This document shows, one piece after another, positions 18,383 to 31,031 of a stretch of DNA of 57,698 nucleotides. The position numbers and the translations under genes were made by a program. Source of the stretch: Betaproteobacteria bacterium (lineage in GTDB: Bacteria; Pseudomonadota; Gammaproteobacteria; Burkholderiales; SG8-39); NCBI GenBank assembly GCA_034668045.1, contig JAXDQC010000074.1:1-57698 (forward strand), written 5' to 3'. Every line of letters starts with the position of its first letter. Positions within the stretch are counted from its first letter, which is position 1. The notes beneath the pieces are model-generated. The model searched no databases. It had not been told where the DNA came from and saw only the letters and a list, made by a program, of their open reading frames with translations.

Positions 18383-18401
18383 TTGTTCAATCGTTGAACA
18401 A
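18383..18401. promoter_or_regulatory. Perfect 8-bp inverted repeat TTGTTCAA-TCG-TTGAACAA in the 41-bp divergent intergenic region; candidate MarR operator
   Basis: Read directly from the sequence: 18383-18390 is the reverse complement of 18394-18401. It abuts the regulator start region and lies 23 bp upstream of the ATG at 18424. Confidence 0.4.
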
Positions 18402-18423
18402 TCTGGCATTATATCCTTGTCGG

Positions 18424-20345
18424 ATGAGGCTTGGCTTCCTGCTCCTGGCCCCCGCCGTCGTCTGTGCCGGACAGGATCTGCACGTCTCTCCCTCGGGCCC
18501 GAGCCTCGAAAGCGTGCTGGAAGCGGCGGCTGAGAAGCCCGGCACCACCGTGTGGATTGCGAGCGGCGTCTATGAGCTGCAGCGCTCCCTGCGGCTCGAC
18601 GCGCGGCACTCGGGCATCGCGCTACGGGCGATGCCCGGCGAAGAAGTGCGGCTCAGCGGCGCGCGCGTCCTGCCGATCGAGAGCTTCGGACGGCCGAGCG
18701 TCGCGCAGCGTGAGCGACTTGACCCGGCGGCGAAGGATCAGGTCGTCGTCATCGACCTCAAGGCGCTCGGCATAAAGGACTTCGGCAGCATCGCCGCCGA
18801 TGGGGCCGAGGTGTTTTTCGATGATCGCCCATTGCCTCTCGCCCGTTGGCCTAACGAAGGCTTCGCGACTGACTTGCTAACCACTGGCGGCGCGCCGTTC
18901 GAGAAGCTCGGATACAAGGGCGACCGACTAGGCGTGTTCACCTATGCAGGAGAACGGCCCGAGCGCTGGCTGCGAGAGAAAGATCTCTGGCTGCACGGTT
19001 ACTGGTTCTGGGACTGGGAGGACATCTACCAGCGCGTCGCCTCGCTTGACCCTCGGAAGAAGCTCATTTACCTGCAGCCGCCCGTCTATTGGAATGGCTT
19101 CCGTGACGGCGCCCGCTATTTCGTGCTCAACGCCCTGAGCGAGCTCGACCAGCCGGGCGAGTGGTATCTCGACCGCGAAGAAAGAATGCTTTACTTATGG
19201 CCGCCGCAACCGCTTGCCGGGGCACGCATCACCCTGTCGATGCTGCGTGACCCCGTGATCGCCATCACGAACGCTTCAAGGGTGGTGATGAGCGGACTGA
19301 CCATCGAAGGGGGCCGCAACAACGGAATCGAGATCGCTGGCGGTGCCGGCAATGTCGTCTCTGGATGCACCGTGCGGAACCTCGGCGGCTGGGGAATTGT
19401 CGTCACCAGCGGCAACAGCCACACCATCGAGCGCTGCCAGCTCTCGCAGCTCGGCCGCGGTGGCGTGCTCCTCGCCGGCGGCGAGCGCACTACCCTCGAG
19501 CCCGGCGCGCATGCGGTCATCGACAGCCGCATCTTCGACTACGCCCGCCTGAAACGCGCCTATGCGCCGGGCGTGAAGCTGGCAGGCGTGGGCCACCGCG
19601 TGCAGAACAACGAGATCTTCGATGCACCGCACATCGCCGTCTGGTTTGCCGGCAACGACCACCTTATCGAGCGCAACGAGATCCGCGGCGTCTGCCGCGA
19701 GACCGGCGATGCCGGCGCGATCTACGCTGGGCGGGACTGGACCGAGCGCGGAACCGTGATCCGCCACAACTACATCCACGACGTCTCCGGGCTGGGCGAG
19801 CACGGCTGCCAGGCGATCTATCTCGACGACATGGCAAGCGGCATCGTCGTCACCGGCAACATCACGCGCGGCAGCCGGCGCGGCATTCTCATGGGGGGCG
19901 GACGGGACAATGTCGTCGAAGACAACGTGCTCATGGACTGCACCGAATCGGTGGTCTTCGATAACCGCGGCCTGAAATCGTACCGTGAAGCCGTCAAGCC
20001 GCCCGACGGCGTCATGGTGCGGCACCTGGCGCAGATGCCGGTCGATCGCCCGCCGTGGTCGACGCGCCATCCCGAGCTGCAGCGCTTGCTTGCCGACAAT
20101 CCCGGCTCGCCGAAGAACAACGTCATCCGGCGCAACATCGCCTGGCGCTGCCCGCCGCCGAAGCTCGCGCGGGAGGTGGTGCGCTTCGGCCGCGTCGAGG
20201 ACAACGAGCCATGGTTCGTCGATCCCGGCATCATCGCCGCCGACGGCAAGCTCGATCTGCCAGCCGGCGCACCGATCGTGCGCGGCGAGCCGGCGCTGCG
20301 AAATTTCCCGGCCGATTCCATCGGCCCGCGCCCGGCGGCGGCGCG

Positions 20346-20349
<4 letters not shown>
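18424..20349 (+). CDS. Secreted right-handed parallel beta-helix repeat protein (polysaccharide lyase/hydrolase-like)
   Basis: Start at ATG 18424 gives the signal peptide MRLGFLLLAPAVVCAGQD. PbH1-like repeats follow (NNGIEIAGGAGNVVSGCTVRNLGGWGIVVTSGNSHTIERCQL...). The longer track ORF starting at 18268 would overlap the regulator and is rejected. Confidence 0.72.
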
Positions 20350-21628
<1,279 letters not shown>

Positions 21629-21632
<4 letters not shown>

Positions 21633-22585
21633 TTTTGCAGGACCGGCCGGGCGGCCGCATTGCCGACATACCACTCGTACGCGGCGCGCAGGCCGCGCTC
21701 CAGCGGCGTCTTTGCCGACCAGCCGAGCGCGCGCAGCCGGGAGACGTCCATGACCTTGCGCGGCATGCCGTCGGGCTTCGATGGATCGTATTCGAAGCTG
21801 CCGCTCCAGCCGGCAATACCGGCGACCAGCTCGGCGAGCTCGCGGATGGTGATGTCTTCGCCGGTGCCGACGTTGATGTGGCCCTCGCCGGAGTAGTTCC
21901 GCATGAGAAAGACCAGCGCGTCCGCCAGGTCTTCGACGTAGAGAAATTCGCGCTTCGGCTGGCCGGTGCCCCAGATGCGCATCGATTTTTCGCCCCGCTC
22001 CCTGGCGGCGTGGACCTTCACGAGCATGGCCGCCGCCACATGCGAGGTTTCGGGGTCGTAGTTGTCGCCCGGGCCGTAGAGATTGGTCGGCATGGCCGAG
22101 ATGAAATCGCAGCCGTATTGGCGGCGGTAAGCCTCGCAGAGCTTCATGCCGGCGATCTTCGCCACGGCGTACCACTGGTTGGTCGGTTCCAGCGGCCCGG
22201 TCAGCAGAGCGGCTTCAGTCATGGGCTGCGAAGCCGCGCGCGGATAGACGCAGGAAGAACTGAGGAACAGGAGCTTCTCGACGCGGGCCTGCCACGCGGC
22301 GTGGATGACGTTCGCTTCGATCAGGAGGTTGTCGTAGATGAACTCTGCCGGGTGAGTATCGTTGGCGTGGATTCCCCCGACCGTGCCGGCGGCGAGGAAG
22401 ACCGCCTGGGGTCGATGGCGCTTCAGCCATTGCTCGACCTGCTCCTGCCGGCGCAGATCGACTTCGTCGCGCCCGACCGTCAGTACTTCGCAGCGTTCCG
22501 CGCCGAGACGCCGCACGATGGCCGAGCCGGCCATGCCACGGTGGCCGGCGACCCAGACCCGCTTGCCCTCAAGCGCGTAGCTCAT
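21629..22585 (-). CDS. fcl: GDP-L-fucose synthase
   Basis: 318 aa. VWVAGHRGMAGSAI..., SSCVYP, YAVAKIAG, and NLYGPGDNY, typical of Fcl/WcaG. Confidence 0.9.
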
Positions 22586-23570
22586 CCCGCTTGCCCTCGG
22601 CGCTGCGGTAATACGAGCGGTACCAGGCGACGAAGCGCTCGACGCCGACCTCGACCGGCGTCACCGGCACCTGGCCCACTTGGCGGCGCAGCTTCTCGCT
22701 GGAGGCGAAATTCTCTTGCACGTCGCCGGGCTGCATGTCGGCGAGCTCGATGGCGGCCTTGCGGCCGGTGGCCTGCTCGATCGCGCGCACGAAGTCGATC
22801 AGGTTGATCGGCGCGCCGCGGCCGACGTTGTAGAGGCGCGCGCGCTCGCCAGCGTCCGGGAACGGCGTCTCGGCGACCTTTGCCAGCGCCGCGACCGTGT
22901 CGTCGATGTAGGTGAAATCGCGCCGCATCTCGCCCTGGTTGAAGAGCTGGATCGGCCGGCCTTCGAGGATGGCGCGCGTGAAGATGAAGAGGGCCATGTC
23001 GGGTCGCCCCCAGGGCCCATAGACCGTGAAGAAGCGCAGGCCGGTCGAGCGCAGGCCGAACAGCCGCCCATAGCTGTGCGCCATCAGCTCGTTGGCGCGC
23101 TTGGTGACGGCGTAGAGGCTGATCGGCTGGTCGACCCGCTGCTCCTCGCTGAACGGCATCTCGGTGTTGGCGCCGTATACGCTCGAGCTGCTCGCGTAGC
23201 ACAGGTGAGCGACGCCGTTCAGGCGGCAGCCCTCGAGGATGTTGAGGAAGCCGGCGACGTTGCTCTGCACGTACGCCATCGGGTTGACGAGCGAATAGCG
23301 CACGCCCGCCTGCGCGGCGAGGTGCACCACGCAGTCGAAGCGGCGCGCGGCGAAAAGCGCCTTGATCGCCGCCTCGTCGGCGACATCGAGGCGCTCGAAC
23401 GTGAAGCGCGGATGCGGCTTGAGCCGCGCCAGGCGCGCTTCCTTCAGCGCCGGATCGTAGTAGGCATTCATGCTGTCCAGCCCGACGAGCTCGTGGCCGT
23501 GCTCGAGCAGGACCTGGCACGCATGCATGCCAATGAAGCCGGCCGCGCCGGTGACCAGGAACCTACTCAT
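22569..23570 (-). CDS. NAD-dependent epimerase, UDP-glucuronate/UDP-GlcNAcA 4-epimerase family (LpsL/TviC-like)
   Basis: 333 aa. [35 protein letters not shown]. Confidence 0.8.
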   Translation of the reverse strand: MSRFLVTGAAGFIGMHACQVLLEHGHELVGLDSMNAYYDPALKEARLARLKPHPRFTFERLDVADEAAIKALFAARRFDCVVHLAAQAGVRYSLVNPMAYVQSNVAGFLNILEGCRLNGVAHLCYASSSSVYGANTEMPFSEEQRVDQPISLYAVTKRANELMAHSYGRLFGLRSTGLRFFTVYGPWGRPDMALFIFTRAILEGRPIQLFNQGEMRRDFTYIDDTVAALAKVAETPFPDAGERARLYNVGRGAPINLIDFVRAIEQATGRKAAIELADMQPGDVQENFASSEKLRRQVGQVPVTPVEVGVERFVAWYRSYYRSAEGKRDELRA

Positions 23571-24651
23571 GCTGGTCGAAGGCCTTGTAGCCGTGTTTTC
23601 GCACCAGGCTGACGCGCTCGGCTTCGCGCAGGTCTTCCCGCGCCATTTCCTTCACCAGGTCGCCGAAGCGCACCTTCGGTCGCCAGCCGAGCCTGGCTGC
23701 GGCCTTGCTCGCGTCGCCCAGCAGCGTGTCAACCTCCGCGGGGCGGAAGTAGCGCGGGTCGATGGCAATCACGCAGCGGCCGGCGGCGTCGAAGCCCTTC
23801 TCCTCGGCGCCCTTGCCTTTCCAGGCGAGCGGCAGGCCGAGCTCCTGCGCCGCCGCCTGCGCGAACTCCCGCACGCTGTGCTGCTCGCCGGTGGCAATCA
23901 CATAGTCTTCGGGTTGCGGCTGCTGCAGCATCAGCCACTGCGCCTCGACGAAGTCGCGCGCGTGGCCCCAGTCGCGCCGCGCGTCGAGGTTGCCGAGGTA
24001 CAGCCGCTCCTGCAGGCCGAGCTTGATGCGGGCGAGGCCGCGCGTGATCTTGCGCGTCACGAAGGTTTCGCCGCGGATCGGCGATTCGTGGTTGAAGAGG
24101 ATGCCGTTACAGGCGAAAAGGCCGTAGGCCTCGCGATAATTGACGGTGATCCAGTAGGCGTAGAGCTTCGCCACGCCGTAGGGGGAGCGAGGATAGAACG
24201 GTGTCGTCTCGCGCTGCGGCGTCTCCGCCACCTTGCCATAGAGCTCGGAGCTGGACGCCTGGTAGAAGCGAACCTTCTTCTCCATGCCGAGGATCCGGAT
24301 CGCCTCCAGGACGCGCAGGGGGCCGAGCGCGTCCGACTGCGCGGTGTATTCCGGCTCCTCGAAGGACACCGCCACATGGCTCTGCGCCGCGAGGTTGTAG
24401 ATCTCGTCGGGCTGGGCCTGCTGGATGACGCGCAGCAGGCTGAGCGAATCGGTCATGTCGCCGTAATGCAGGACCAGACGCCGGTCGGAATCGTGCGGGT
24501 CCTGGTACAGGTGGTCGATGCGCTGCGTGTTGATGAGCGACGTGCGCCGCTTGATGCCGTGCACGACGTAGCCCTTGGCCAGCAGGAATTCGGCGAGGTA
24601 AGCGCCGTCCTGGCCGGTGATGCCGGTGAGCAAGGCGACTTTGGCTTTCAT
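23563..24651 (-). CDS. gmd: GDP-mannose 4,6-dehydratase
   Basis: 362 aa. [54 protein letters not shown]. Confidence 0.93.
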   Translation of the reverse strand: MKAKVALLTGITGQDGAYLAEFLLAKGYVVHGIKRRTSLINTQRIDHLYQDPHDSDRRLVLHYGDMTDSLSLLRVIQQAQPDEIYNLAAQSHVAVSFEEPEYTAQSDALGPLRVLEAIRILGMEKKVRFYQASSSELYGKVAETPQRETTPFYPRSPYGVAKLYAYWITVNYREAYGLFACNGILFNHESPIRGETFVTRKITRGLARIKLGLQERLYLGNLDARRDWGHARDFVEAQWLMLQQPQPEDYVIATGEQHSVREFAQAAAQELGLPLAWKGKGAEEKGFDAAGRCVIAIDPRYFRPAEVDTLLGDASKAAARLGWRPKVRFGDLVKEMAREDLREAERVSLVRKHGYKAFDQHE

Positions 24652-24669
24652 CGGGAAGCGATTCTACTG

Positions 24670-26073
24670 TCAGCTGCGCCCGTACCGGTCTTCGAAGCGC
24701 TCGATGTCGTCTTCGCCCAGGTAGGCGCCGGACTGCACCTCGACGATCTCCAGCGGCACCGTGCCGGAGTTTTCCAGCCGGTGCCTGACGCCGAGCGGGA
24801 TGTAGGTCGATTCGTTTGCCTTCAGCTCGAACTTGTCTTCGCCGCGCGTCACCTGGGCCGTGCCGCGCACCACCACCCAGTGCTCGGCGCGCTGGCGGTG
24901 GCTCTGCAGCGACAGCGAGGCGCCCGGCTTCACCACCAGCGACTTGACGATGAATCCCGGACCGGCGTGCAGCAGGTCGAAGTGGCCCCAGGGGCGATGC
25001 ACCTTGCGGTGCGCGTCCGCCTCCTGCCGGCGCGCGACCTTCAGCTTCGCCACGACCTCCTTCACGTCGGCGGCACGGCTCTTGGGCGCGACCAGCAGCG
25101 CGTCGGGCGTGTCGATAATGAGCAGATCCTGCGTGCCGACGGCGGCCACCAGGCGACCATCGGCCAGGACGAGGGTCTGATCGGCGTCCTGCAGCAGCAC
25201 GTCGCCCTGCGCGGCGTTGCCGCGCGGGTCGCGCACCGAGGCTTCCCAGAGCGCGTCCCATGAGCCGATGTCCGACCATCCCGCATCGAGCGAGACCACG
25301 CGCAACCGGGGCGCGCCGCCGCCCGCGAGGCGCTCGGCGACGGCCTTGTCGATCGACTCGGCGCGGCAGGCGAGGAACGATTCGCGCTCGAGGCGCAGAA
25401 ACTCGCCGTCGCGTTGCGCGCGCGACCATGCCTTCTCGCTGGCGGCGGCGATATCGGGCGCGAGGCGCGCGAGGGCGTTCTGCCAGCAGGAAACGCGCAG
25501 CATGAACATGCCGCTGTTCCAGCTGTATTTCCCCGAGGCGACGAACTCCCGCGCCCTCGCCGCGTCGGGCTTCTCGACGAACGCTTCGACTTCGCCCGTG
25601 CCGCGGATGTAGCCGTAGCCGATTTCGGCGCGCTCGGGCTTCACGCCGAAGACGACGAAGTCGCCTTTGGCAGCCAGCTCGGCTGCGGCGGCCACCGCGT
25701 CGCGGAATCCCTGCGGCTTGCGGATCAGGTGATCGGCCGGCATGACCAGCATGACCGGATCTGCGCCGCCGCGCCCCGCCTCGAGCGCGGCGACTGCGAG
25801 CGCGGGCGCGGTATTGCGTCCTTCCGGCTCGAGGATCAGCGCGAGCGGTGCGCGGCCGGCTTCGCGCAGCTGCTCGGCGCTGATGAAGCGGTGCTTCTCG
25901 TTGCAGACCACGAGCGGCGGCCGGCCATCCACCCGCAGCGCGGTGTCCTGCAGCAGCGAATGCTCGCCGAACAGGCGTAGCAGCGGTTTCGGATGATCTT
26001 CGCGCGACAGCGGCCAGAGCCGGGTGCCGGCGCCACCGGAGAGGATGACGGGCTGAATGTCGATGGCGGCCAT
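24670..26073 (-). CDS. manC: Mannose-1-phosphate guanylyltransferase / mannose-6-phosphate isomerase (type II PMI-GMP)
   Basis: 467 aa. N-terminal ILSGGAGTRLWPLSR and a C-terminal cupin (RPWGHF...SLQSHRQRAEHWVVV). Confidence 0.9.
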   Translation of the reverse strand: MAAIDIQPVILSGGAGTRLWPLSREDHPKPLLRLFGEHSLLQDTALRVDGRPPLVVCNEKHRFISAEQLREAGRAPLALILEPEGRNTAPALAVAALEAGRGGADPVMLVMPADHLIRKPQGFRDAVAAAAELAAKGDFVVFGVKPERAEIGYGYIRGTGEVEAFVEKPDAARAREFVASGKYSWNSGMFMLRVSCWQNALARLAPDIAAASEKAWSRAQRDGEFLRLERESFLACRAESIDKAVAERLAGGGAPRLRVVSLDAGWSDIGSWDALWEASVRDPRGNAAQGDVLLQDADQTLVLADGRLVAAVGTQDLLIIDTPDALLVAPKSRAADVKEVVAKLKVARRQEADAHRKVHRPWGHFDLLHAGPGFIVKSLVVKPGASLSLQSHRQRAEHWVVVRGTAQVTRGEDKFELKANESTYIPLGVRHRLENSGTVPLEIVEVQSGAYLGEDDIERFEDRYGRS

Positions 26074-26900
26074 TATGTCATCGCCGCGAGCGCGTCCCGC
26101 CAGTCGGGAAGAGGCCGGCCGAGCGCCTTCGCCGCCCGGGCGTTGCCGAGCACCGAGTAGGCGGGCCGCTGCGCCGGACTGGGAAAGCGGCTCGACTTCA
26201 CCGCCTCCACCGTCGAGCGGGAGCCCGCCCGGCGAACCACTTCGCGCGCGAACTCGTAGCGCGTCGCCGCGCCCGAAGGCACGAGGTGCATCAGCCCGGT
26301 TGCTTCAAGCTTGAGCAATTCCAAAGTAAAAGAAGCCAGAAAGGCGCTCGTGGTCGGCACGCTCGTCTGATCGTCGACCATCTGCATCGGCTCGTTCGCG
26401 TCCGCTTTGCGCCGGATGATCTGGTAGAAATTCGCCGCGCGCGGGCCGTAAACCCAGCTCGTGCGAAGGATCAGATGGCGGCAGCCGCAGGCCTGGATGG
26501 CCCGCTCGCCGGCGAGTTTGCTGCGCGCATACGCGCCGAGCGGCCGCGGCGCATCGGCCTCAACATAGGGCGTGCGCTTCGTGCCGTCGAAAACGTAGTC
26601 CGTGGAGTAGTGCACGAGCAACGCCCCCAGGCGCTTCGCCTCCTCGCCGAGGAGCCCCGGCGCTTCGCCGTTCACGCGCGTGGCCAGCTCGTTCTCCGAC
26701 TCTGCCTTGTCCACCGCCGTGTAGGCCGCGGCATTGACGATCAGGTCGGGCTTCGCCTCGCGCAGCAGCCGCGAGATCATCGCCGCATCCGAGAGATCGA
26801 GCGCGAGGCGGTCGGTGGTGACCAGATCGCCCAGGGCGGCGAGCGCGCGCTCGAGCTCCCAGCCCACCTGCCCGTGGCGGCCGGTGAGCAGAATTCTCAC
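26073..26900 (-). CDS. rfbD: dTDP-4-dehydrorhamnose reductase
   Basis: 275 aa, GTG start (VRILLTGRHGQVGWEL). NAAAYTAVDKAE, STDYVFDG, YARSKLAGE. Confidence 0.88.
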   Translation of the reverse strand: MRILLTGRHGQVGWELERALAALGDLVTTDRLALDLSDAAMISRLLREAKPDLIVNAAAYTAVDKAESENELATRVNGEAPGLLGEEAKRLGALLVHYSTDYVFDGTKRTPYVEADAPRPLGAYARSKLAGERAIQACGCRHLILRTSWVYGPRAANFYQIIRRKADANEPMQMVDDQTSVPTTSAFLASFTLELLKLEATGLMHLVPSGAATRYEFAREVVRRAGSRSTVEAVKSSRFPSPAQRPAYSVLGNARAAKALGRPLPDWRDALAAMT

Positions 26901-26910
26901 GGAAAGACCA

Positions 26911-27456
26911 TCACGGAAAAACTTCGGCCTCCGCGAGCTTCGCGCCTTTCGCGTCGCGCGGCGAGAGCACCGGCTCGCCCTTGATCGGCCAGCGGATGCC
27001 GAGCTTGCCGTCGTTCCAGACGATGACGCGCTCGTGCTCGGGCGCCCAGAAATCCGACAACTTGTAGAGCACCTCGGTGCCCTCGGCGAGGGCGAGAAAG
27101 CCGTGCGCGAAGCCTGGCGGGATCCAGGCCATGCGGCGGTCGGCGGCGGACAGCGTGAAGCCCGCCCACTTGCCGAAGCGCGGCGAGCTGCGGCGCAGAT
27201 CGACGGCGACGTCGTAGATTTCGCCGCGCAGGACGCTGATCAGCTTGCCCTGCGGGCGGACCACCTGGTAGTGCAGGCCGCGCAGCACGTTCCTGGCCGA
27301 ACGCGAGCGGTTATCCTGCACGAAGTCGACGTCGACGCCGCTCAGCTCCCGGAAGCGGCGCCGGTTGTAGCTCTCGTACGCGTAGCCGCGCGCGTCTTCG
27401 AACACGGTGGGCTCCAGGAGGACTACGCCGGCGAGCTCGGTCTCGATCAGCTTCAT
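26911..27456 (-). CDS. rfbC: dTDP-4-dehydrorhamnose 3,5-epimerase
   Basis: 181 aa. FEDARGY..., NVLRGLHYQ, PPGFAHGF. Confidence 0.9.
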   Translation of the reverse strand: MKLIETELAGVVLLEPTVFEDARGYAYESYNRRRFRELSGVDVDFVQDNRSRSARNVLRGLHYQVVRPQGKLISVLRGEIYDVAVDLRRSSPRFGKWAGFTLSAADRRMAWIPPGFAHGFLALAEGTEVLYKLSDFWAPEHERVIVWNDGKLGIRWPIKGEPVLSPRDAKGAKLAEAEVFP

Positions 27457-27485
27457 CGGATATTAGGCAGTATACGGCCCTGCTG

Positions 27486-29153
27486 ATGCGCACCCGGATC
27501 GTCCAAACCCTCTGCTGCGCGCTTTTCGTCGCCTCGTCCGCTTGGGCGCAAGAGACGGAGGAATTTCCCGCCGTCGAGCCGCCCGCGGTCGGCTGGGTGA
27601 CGTCGCTCGCCGATCTCGAGGCGGCGGGCGCCACGATCGGCGCGATCCGCATCCTGCCGCAGAACATCTTCGACCTGACCGATGAGAGGGAAAACTACCT
27701 CCTTTACCGGCTCGCCAATGCGATCCACATCGTCACGCGGCCCGACGTGGTGCGCGAGACGCTGCTCTTCAAGACCGGCGACCCGCTGTCGCTGCGGGTG
27801 ATCGAGGAGTCGGAGCGGCTGCTGCGCTCCACGCTGCAGGTCTACAGCGCGCGCATCCGGGCGGTCGCGGTTCACGAAGGCGTGGTCGGCCCCACGGTCG
27901 ACCTCGAGGTCGTGACCCGGGACCGCTGGACGCTCGATCCCTCGGTCAGCTTCAGCCGCACCGGCGGGGTGAATAATGATCGCGTTGGCCTGAAGGAAGC
28001 CAACGTGTTCGGCACGGGCTTGTCGGTCGGCTTTTCACGCTCGTCGAACGTCGACCGGACCAGCAATACGTTCGACCTGTCGCACCCACACGCCTTCGGC
28101 CCCTTTACCAACGCAAGCTACTCGTACGCGGATACCAGCGACGGCAGGGCGTGGAACGTCAACATCAATCGGCCGTTCTTCGCCCTCGATTCGCGCTACT
28201 CCGGCGGCGTATCGGCGGGGAGCAGCGAGCGCAGCGAGGCGGTGTACGTCAGCGGCGTCAACACCGGTACGTACCAGCACCAGCAGGGCACCTTCAACGC
28301 CTTCGGCGGCTGGTCGGCAGGCCTGGTCGACGGCTGGACCCGCCGCCATACCGTAGGCCTCCAGTACGCGGACAACAGCTACGCCCGGATTCCCGGCCAG
28401 TCGCCCGAGGGAGATCTGCCTGCCGACCTGACCATCGCCGCCCCCTACTACCGCTTGGACCTTATCCAGGACCGTTTCCGCACCGGCATCAACTTCAACC
28501 AGATCGGCAAGCCCGAGGATTTCAACGTCGGCCTGAACCTCAGCGCGCAGTTGGGCCGCTCGCTCTCCGCGCTCGGCTCGACTCGCGAGCAGTGGCTCTA
28601 CGGCGCCAGCATTGCGAAGGGCTTCGACGTCGGGCAGCGGGGCCTGCTGCGGGCCAGCGCCGGTTCCTCCGGGCGATATGCCTCGGGCAGCGAGAATCAG
28701 ACGTCGTCTCTTGCAGCCCAGTACTTTCACAGGCACAACGGCGGCTACACCTTCTTCGGCTCTTTCAGCGGCAGCATGGTGAGCAACCCGGACGTTCCCA
28801 ACCCGCTCACGCTCGGCGGCGACAACGACTTGCGCGGCTATCCGCTGCGCTACCAGAGCGGCAACAAGTCGATGCTCGTCAACCTCGAGGAGCGCCTCTA
28901 CACCGACTGGTATCCCTTCCGGCTGGTCCGGGTCGGCGGCGCGGTGTTCTACGACGGCGGCCGTGCCTGGGGCGGCAGCAACCCGAACACGGCCAACTCG
29001 GGATGGCTGAGCGACGTCGGCTTCGGCCTGCGGCTGCTGACCGACCGCTCCGCGGTGAGCAACGTGCTGCACCTCGATGTCGCTTTCCCGCTCAACCGGG
29101 AGGCCGGCATCGACGCCGTGCAGTTCCTGGTCTACACCAAGATCACGCTATGA
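27486..29153 (+). CDS. Omp85-superfamily outer-membrane beta-barrel protein (BamA/TamA/ShlB-like) with an N-terminal POTRA-like region
   Basis: 555 aa. Signal peptide [24 protein letters not shown]6-loop motif DLRGYP, and C-terminal aromatic-rich strands (...[11 protein letters not shown]). Confidence 0.7.
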   Translation: MRTRIVQTLCCALFVASSAWAQETEEFPAVEPPAVGWVTSLADLEAAGATIGAIRILPQNIFDLTDERENYLLYRLANAIHIVTRPDVVRETLLFKTGDPLSLRVIEESERLLRSTLQVYSARIRAVAVHEGVVGPTVDLEVVTRDRWTLDPSVSFSRTGGVNNDRVGLKEANVFGTGLSVGFSRSSNVDRTSNTFDLSHPHAFGPFTNASYSYADTSDGRAWNVNINRPFFALDSRYSGGVSAGSSERSEAVYVSGVNTGTYQHQQGTFNAFGGWSAGLVDGWTRRHTVGLQYADNSYARIPGQSPEGDLPADLTIAAPYYRLDLIQDRFRTGINFNQIGKPEDFNVGLNLSAQLGRSLSALGSTREQWLYGASIAKGFDVGQRGLLRASAGSSGRYASGSENQTSSLAAQYFHRHNGGYTFFGSFSGSMVSNPDVPNPLTLGGDNDLRGYPLRYQSGNKSMLVNLEERLYTDWYPFRLVRVGGAVFYDGGRAWGGSNPNTANSGWLSDVGFGLRLLTDRSAVSNVLHLDVAFPLNREAGIDAVQFLVYTKITL

Positions 29154-30026
29154 GAACAGCCGCTCCGACAATACGCGCAGGAGGTATTCGCCGTAGCCCG
29201 ATTTCTGCAGCGGCTTCGCCAGCGCCGCGAGCTGCTTCGCGTCGATGAAGCCCATGCGCCAGGCCACTTCCTCGGGGCAGGCGATCTTCAAGCCCTGCCG
29301 GCGCTCCACCGTCTCGATGAACTGCGCCGCCTCGAGCAGGCTCTCGTGCGTGCCGGTGTCGAGCCAGGCCATGCCCCGGCCCATCGGCACGACCTCCAGC
29401 TCGCCGCGCTCGAGATAGGCGCGGTTGACGTCGCTGATCTCCAGCTCGCCGCGCGCGGAAGGCTTGAGCTTCGACGCGATGCCGACCACGCTGGCATCGT
29501 AGAAATACAGTCCCGTGACGGCGTAGCGCGATTTCGGCTGCTTCGGCTTCTCCTCGATGCTGAGAGCCTTGCCCTTGCGATCGAAAGCGACGACGCCGTA
29601 GCGCTCGGGGTCGCGGACCGGATAGGCAAACACGGTCGCGCCGCGTTTGCGCTTCGATGCGCCCTTCAGCATCTTGGTCAGGTCGTGGCCGTAGAAGATG
29701 TTGTCGCCCAGCACCAGGGCCACGCGATCCTCGCCGATGAAGTCGCGCGCGATGATGAACGCCTGGGCGATGCCCTTCGGCTTGGGCTGCACTGCGTAGT
29801 CGAGGCGCAGGCCCCACTTCCGGCCGTTGCCCAGCAGCTGCTTGAAGCGCGGCGTGTCTTCGGGCGTGGAGATGACGAGGATGTCCCTGATCCCCGCCAG
29901 CATCAGCGTCGAGAGCGGGTAGTACACCATCGGCTTGTCGTACACCGGCAGCAGCTGCTTCGACACGGCCTGCGTCACCGGATAGAGGCGCGTGCCCGAG
30001 CCGCCGGCGAGGATGATCCCCTTCAT
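29148..30026 (-). CDS. rfbA: Glucose-1-phosphate thymidylyltransferase
   Basis: Start at ATG 30026 in an ATGA overlap. [18 protein letters not shown]...[16 protein letters not shown]. Confidence 0.93.
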   Translation of the reverse strand: MKGIILAGGSGTRLYPVTQAVSKQLLPVYDKPMVYYPLSTLMLAGIRDILVISTPEDTPRFKQLLGNGRKWGLRLDYAVQPKPKGIAQAFIIARDFIGEDRVALVLGDNIFYGHDLTKMLKGASKRKRGATVFAYPVRDPERYGVVAFDRKGKALSIEEKPKQPKSRYAVTGLYFYDASVVGIASKLKPSARGELEISDVNRAYLERGELEVVPMGRGMAWLDTGTHESLLEAAQFIETVERRQGLKIACPEEVAWRMGFIDAKQLAALAKPLQKSGYGEYLLRVLSERLFS

Positions 30027-31024
30027 GCCGCCTGCGGCGCGTAGCGCTGCGCGTGCGCGAGGTACCACTGCACGGTCTTCTCCAGCCCACCGTCGAAGCG
30101 CTCCTTCGGCTGCCAGCCGAGCTCGCGCCGGATCTTGGCGATGTCCATCGCATAGCGCCGGTCGTGGCCCGGCCGGTCGGCGACGAACTCGATCAGGTCG
30201 GCATGCCGCCCCGACTTGCGCGGCCGCGCCCGGTCGAGGCAGGCGCAGAGCGCCTGCACGACTTCCAGGTTGCCCCGCTCGCACTCGCCGCCGATGTTGT
30301 AGGTCTCGCCGGCAATGCCCTTCTCCAGCACGAGGCGCAGCGCGTCGCAGTGGTCGTCGACGTAGAGCCAGTCGCGGCGATTGCGGCCGTCGCCGTAGAC
30401 CGGCAGCCGCTCACCGGCGAGCGCATTGCGGATGACGAGCGGGATCAGCTTCTCCGGGAACTGGCGCGGACCGTAGTTGTTGGAGCAATTCGTGGTCAGC
30501 GTCGGCAGGCCGTAGGTGTGGAAGTAGGCGCGAACCAGGTGGTCGGCCGCCGCCTTCGAAGCCGCGTAGGGGCTGTTGGGCGCGTAAGGCCGCGTCTCGC
30601 TGAATGGCGCCTCGTCGAGCCCGAGCGAGCCGTAGACCTCGTCGGTGGAGACGTGCAGGAAGCGAAAGCCGGCATTCTTCTCGGCGTGGCTTCTCGCTTC
30701 CTCGAGCAACGCGAACGTGCCGACCACGTTGGTCTGGATGAAGTCCGCCGGCCCGGCGATCGAGCGGTCGACGTGGCTCTCGGCGGCGAAGTGGACGATG
30801 GCGCGCGGCTGGTGCTGGCGCAGGAGCGAGCGCACCAGCTCGCGGTCGCCGATGTCGCCGCGCACGAAGACGTGCCTGGCGTTCGTCTTGATCGAATCGA
30901 GATTCGCCAGGCTGCCGGCGTAAGTCAGCAGGTCGAGATTGACGATCGCCTCGCCCGTCAGCGCGAGCGTCGAGAGGACGAAATTCGAGCCGATGAACCC
31001 CGCACCGCCCGTGACCAAGAGCAT
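30023..31024 (-). CDS. rfbB: dTDP-glucose 4,6-dehydratase
   Basis: Start at internal ATG 31024 ([15 protein letters not shown]). [18 protein letters not shown]. Confidence 0.93.
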   Translation of the reverse strand: MLLVTGGAGFIGSNFVLSTLALTGEAIVNLDLLTYAGSLANLDSIKTNARHVFVRGDIGDRELVRSLLRQHQPRAIVHFAAESHVDRSIAGPADFIQTNVVGTFALLEEARSHAEKNAGFRFLHVSTDEVYGSLGLDEAPFSETRPYAPNSPYAASKAAADHLVRAYFHTYGLPTLTTNCSNNYGPRQFPEKLIPLVIRNALAGERLPVYGDGRNRRDWLYVDDHCDALRLVLEKGIAGETYNIGGECERGNLEVVQALCACLDRARPRKSGRHADLIEFVADRPGHDRRYAMDIAKIRRELGWQPKERFDGGLEKTVQWYLAHAQRYAPQAA

Positions 31025-31031
31025 GGAGCGA

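Noticed and set aside
18402-18420. A TGGCA...TTG string (TGGCATTATATCCTTGT) resembling a sigma-54 -24/-12 promoter upstream of the beta-helix gene.
   Set aside because: The GG-to-TTG spacing is 2 nt too long and the -12 GC is GT. It does not fit TGGCAC-N5-TTGC.
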